Shown: positions 25,030 to 26,078 of the stretch, piece by piece
How the letters are laid out: the number at the start of each line of letters is the position of its first letter
Position numbering within the stretch: position 1 is the first letter of the stretch
Virus record (IMG/VR): IMGVR_UViG_3300042314_000240
Coordinates: 1-26,078 of that record
Origin: a virus
Taxonomy: Duplodnaviria > Caudoviricetes
Strand: one strand, 5' to 3'
DNA: 26,078 bases
Made by a program: the position numbers and the translations under genes
Notes under the pieces: model-generated
The model's input: the letters and a program-made list of their open reading frames with translations, nothing else
What the model was told of the DNA's origin: nothing
The model's database searches: none

Positions 25030-25395
25030 AAGACTTTTAATCAAATTTCAGCAGAACAAGCAATTAATCACGCGCGCAACGAGTACAATCCGTATGAGTG
25101 GAAAAAGCAAATCATGCTTATGCAAAAATGTTTTAATTCAAATTTTTACGAATGCGATGGCAAGGTTTATTCAATCTATGTAAATAAGGCTGACGGCTTA
25201 AAATACATGAACGAAGTTGAATATTGCAATTCAATTACTAATGCAGGATTGATTGCTTTCTACTTTGACGGTGTTGAAATTATTCAAATCGATAAAGTTT
25301 ATTTTCCTAAAACAAAAGAAGGGTATAAGGCAATGCAACAATTTGCAGAAGGAGACAACGAATTAGTTTTTGCATCCGTTTATTTTCAATTATAA
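25027..25395 (+). CDS. Hypothetical early protein (122 aa)
   Basis: ATG 25027 follows the shared CTATCAAA leader. Confidence 0.7.
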   Translation: MKTFNQISAEQAINHARNEYNPYEWKKQIMLMQKCFNSNFYECDGKVYSIYVNKADGLKYMNEVEYCNSITNAGLIAFYFDGVEIIQIDKVYFPKTKEGYKAMQQFAEGDNELVFASVYFQL

Positions 25396-25402
25396 TTCAA
25401 CC

Positions 25403-25431
25403 CCGAGCCAAGGCGGATTCCTTGGCATTTT
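25403..25431 (+). repeat. 29-nt repeat with terminator-like hairpin, copy 1
   Basis: CCGA-GCCAAGG-cggatt-CCTTGGC-ATTTT, identical to 25933-25961. Confidence 0.85.
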
Positions 25432-25447
25432 TTAAACACCTATCAAA

Positions 25448-25708
25448 ATGAAATATCCTTTATCAATGTTGATGACCATTAGCAGGTATGACAAAGAAAT
25501 GTATCAACTTATTTTGTCTTATTATATCAAAGAACAAAAGAAATTTGGAAGAAGTCTTAATCAAATAAAGAAAGACTTTGACCGATTAACTTGCTCAAAA
25601 ACTTGTATTATTTCATCTTGCATTACTATTGACAATACAAAAGAGGGAAGAGCATATTGGAAAAGCATGGAGAAAAAATATGAATCAAGATATACTAATT
25701 TATTTTAA
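25448..25708 (+). CDS. Hypothetical early protein (86 aa)
   Basis: Preceded by AAACACCTATCAAA; C-terminal TKEGRAYW motif. Confidence 0.7.
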   Translation: MKYPLSMLMTISRYDKEMYQLILSYYIKEQKKFGRSLNQIKKDFDRLTCSKTCIISSCITIDNTKEGRAYWKSMEKKYESRYTNLF

Positions 25709-25726
25709 TCTTAAATACCTATCAAA

Positions 25727-25924
25727 ATGGAAAATTTAACTAAATTAAATCAATCACAAGAAATTTTAAAAATGTCAAATATTCTTATTGAATTGATGTC
25801 TGTATCAGAAAATAATGACAATCACATATCGTATGCCGAAAATTTGATAATAGAAAAAATTGAATCAATTATCAATGAAATGAAAAAAGAAAGAATTGTT
25901 TACAATTCATTGATGGGCTTATAA
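25727..25924 (+). CDS. Hypothetical early protein (65 aa)
   Basis: Preceded by AAATACCTATCAAA. Confidence 0.65.
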   Translation: MENLTKLNQSQEILKMSNILIELMSVSENNDNHISYAENLIIEKIESIINEMKKERIVYNSLMGL

Positions 25925-25932
25925 TTTAACAA

Positions 25933-25961
25933 CCGAGCCAAGGCGGATTCCTTGGCATTTT
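25933..25961 (+). repeat. 29-nt repeat with terminator-like hairpin, copy 2
   Basis: Identical to 25403-25431. Confidence 0.85.
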
Positions 25962-26031
25962 AAAAAACTTTTTTTATTCCAAATCTTTTTATTACATTTA
26001 CAAAATCAAACACATAAACACTATCAAAATG
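25962..26031 (+). promoter_or_regulatory. Putative early promoter and leader, copy 2
   Basis: AAAAAACTTTTTTTATTC...TACATTTA...AAACACTATCAAAATG; parallels 24961-25029. Confidence 0.45.
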
Positions 26032-26078
26032 AAAAACATTATCACACTTTTAATCGGGGATTTTAATCAATCAGACGT
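26029..26078 (+). CDS. Partial hypothetical early protein (runs off the window)
   Basis: MKNIITLLIGDFNQSD after the shared leader. Confidence 0.55.
   Translation, partial: MKNIITLLIGDFNQSD

Noticed and set aside
25403-25961. 29-nt palindromic repeat as a CRISPR array
   Set aside because: Only two copies, 530 nt apart and separated by genes; no cas genes present.
1-26078. tRNA genes, integrase, IS elements, introns or genetic-code reassignment
   Set aside because: None recognised. The standard code gives dense, tightly coupled ORFs using TAA, TAG and TGA as stops, and terL and the capsid gene look uninterrupted.

Overview
A 26-kb segment of a tailed dsDNA phage, siphovirus-like and all on the + strand. 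The host is probably Bacteroidota, inferred from A-rich starts lacking Shine-Dalgarno sequences and TAnnTTTG-like boxes. Gene order: sigma factor, terminase, tail chaperone/terminator/neck, distal tail and hub proteins, tape measure, prohead protease, scaffold, major capsid, tail tube, portal, adaptor, collagen-like fibre plus 2OG-Fe(II) oxygenase, lysis genes, metallophosphoesterase, then the start of an early region of short genes with repeated leaders and hairpins. The most notable non-ORF signals are: (1) a three-copy late-promoter-like motif TACAACAAAAA-N11/12-GTTTAT, always 5 nt before an ATG; (2) a -1 frameshift in the tail chaperone gene with a hidden downstream frame; (3) a late 3' UTR that is antisense to the shared start region of the early genes; (4) a symmetric four-copy AATAGGT site; (5) apparent avoidance of GATC, CCAG/CTGG and AGCT. 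All product calls come from motifs and synteny read by eye; no database searches were run.
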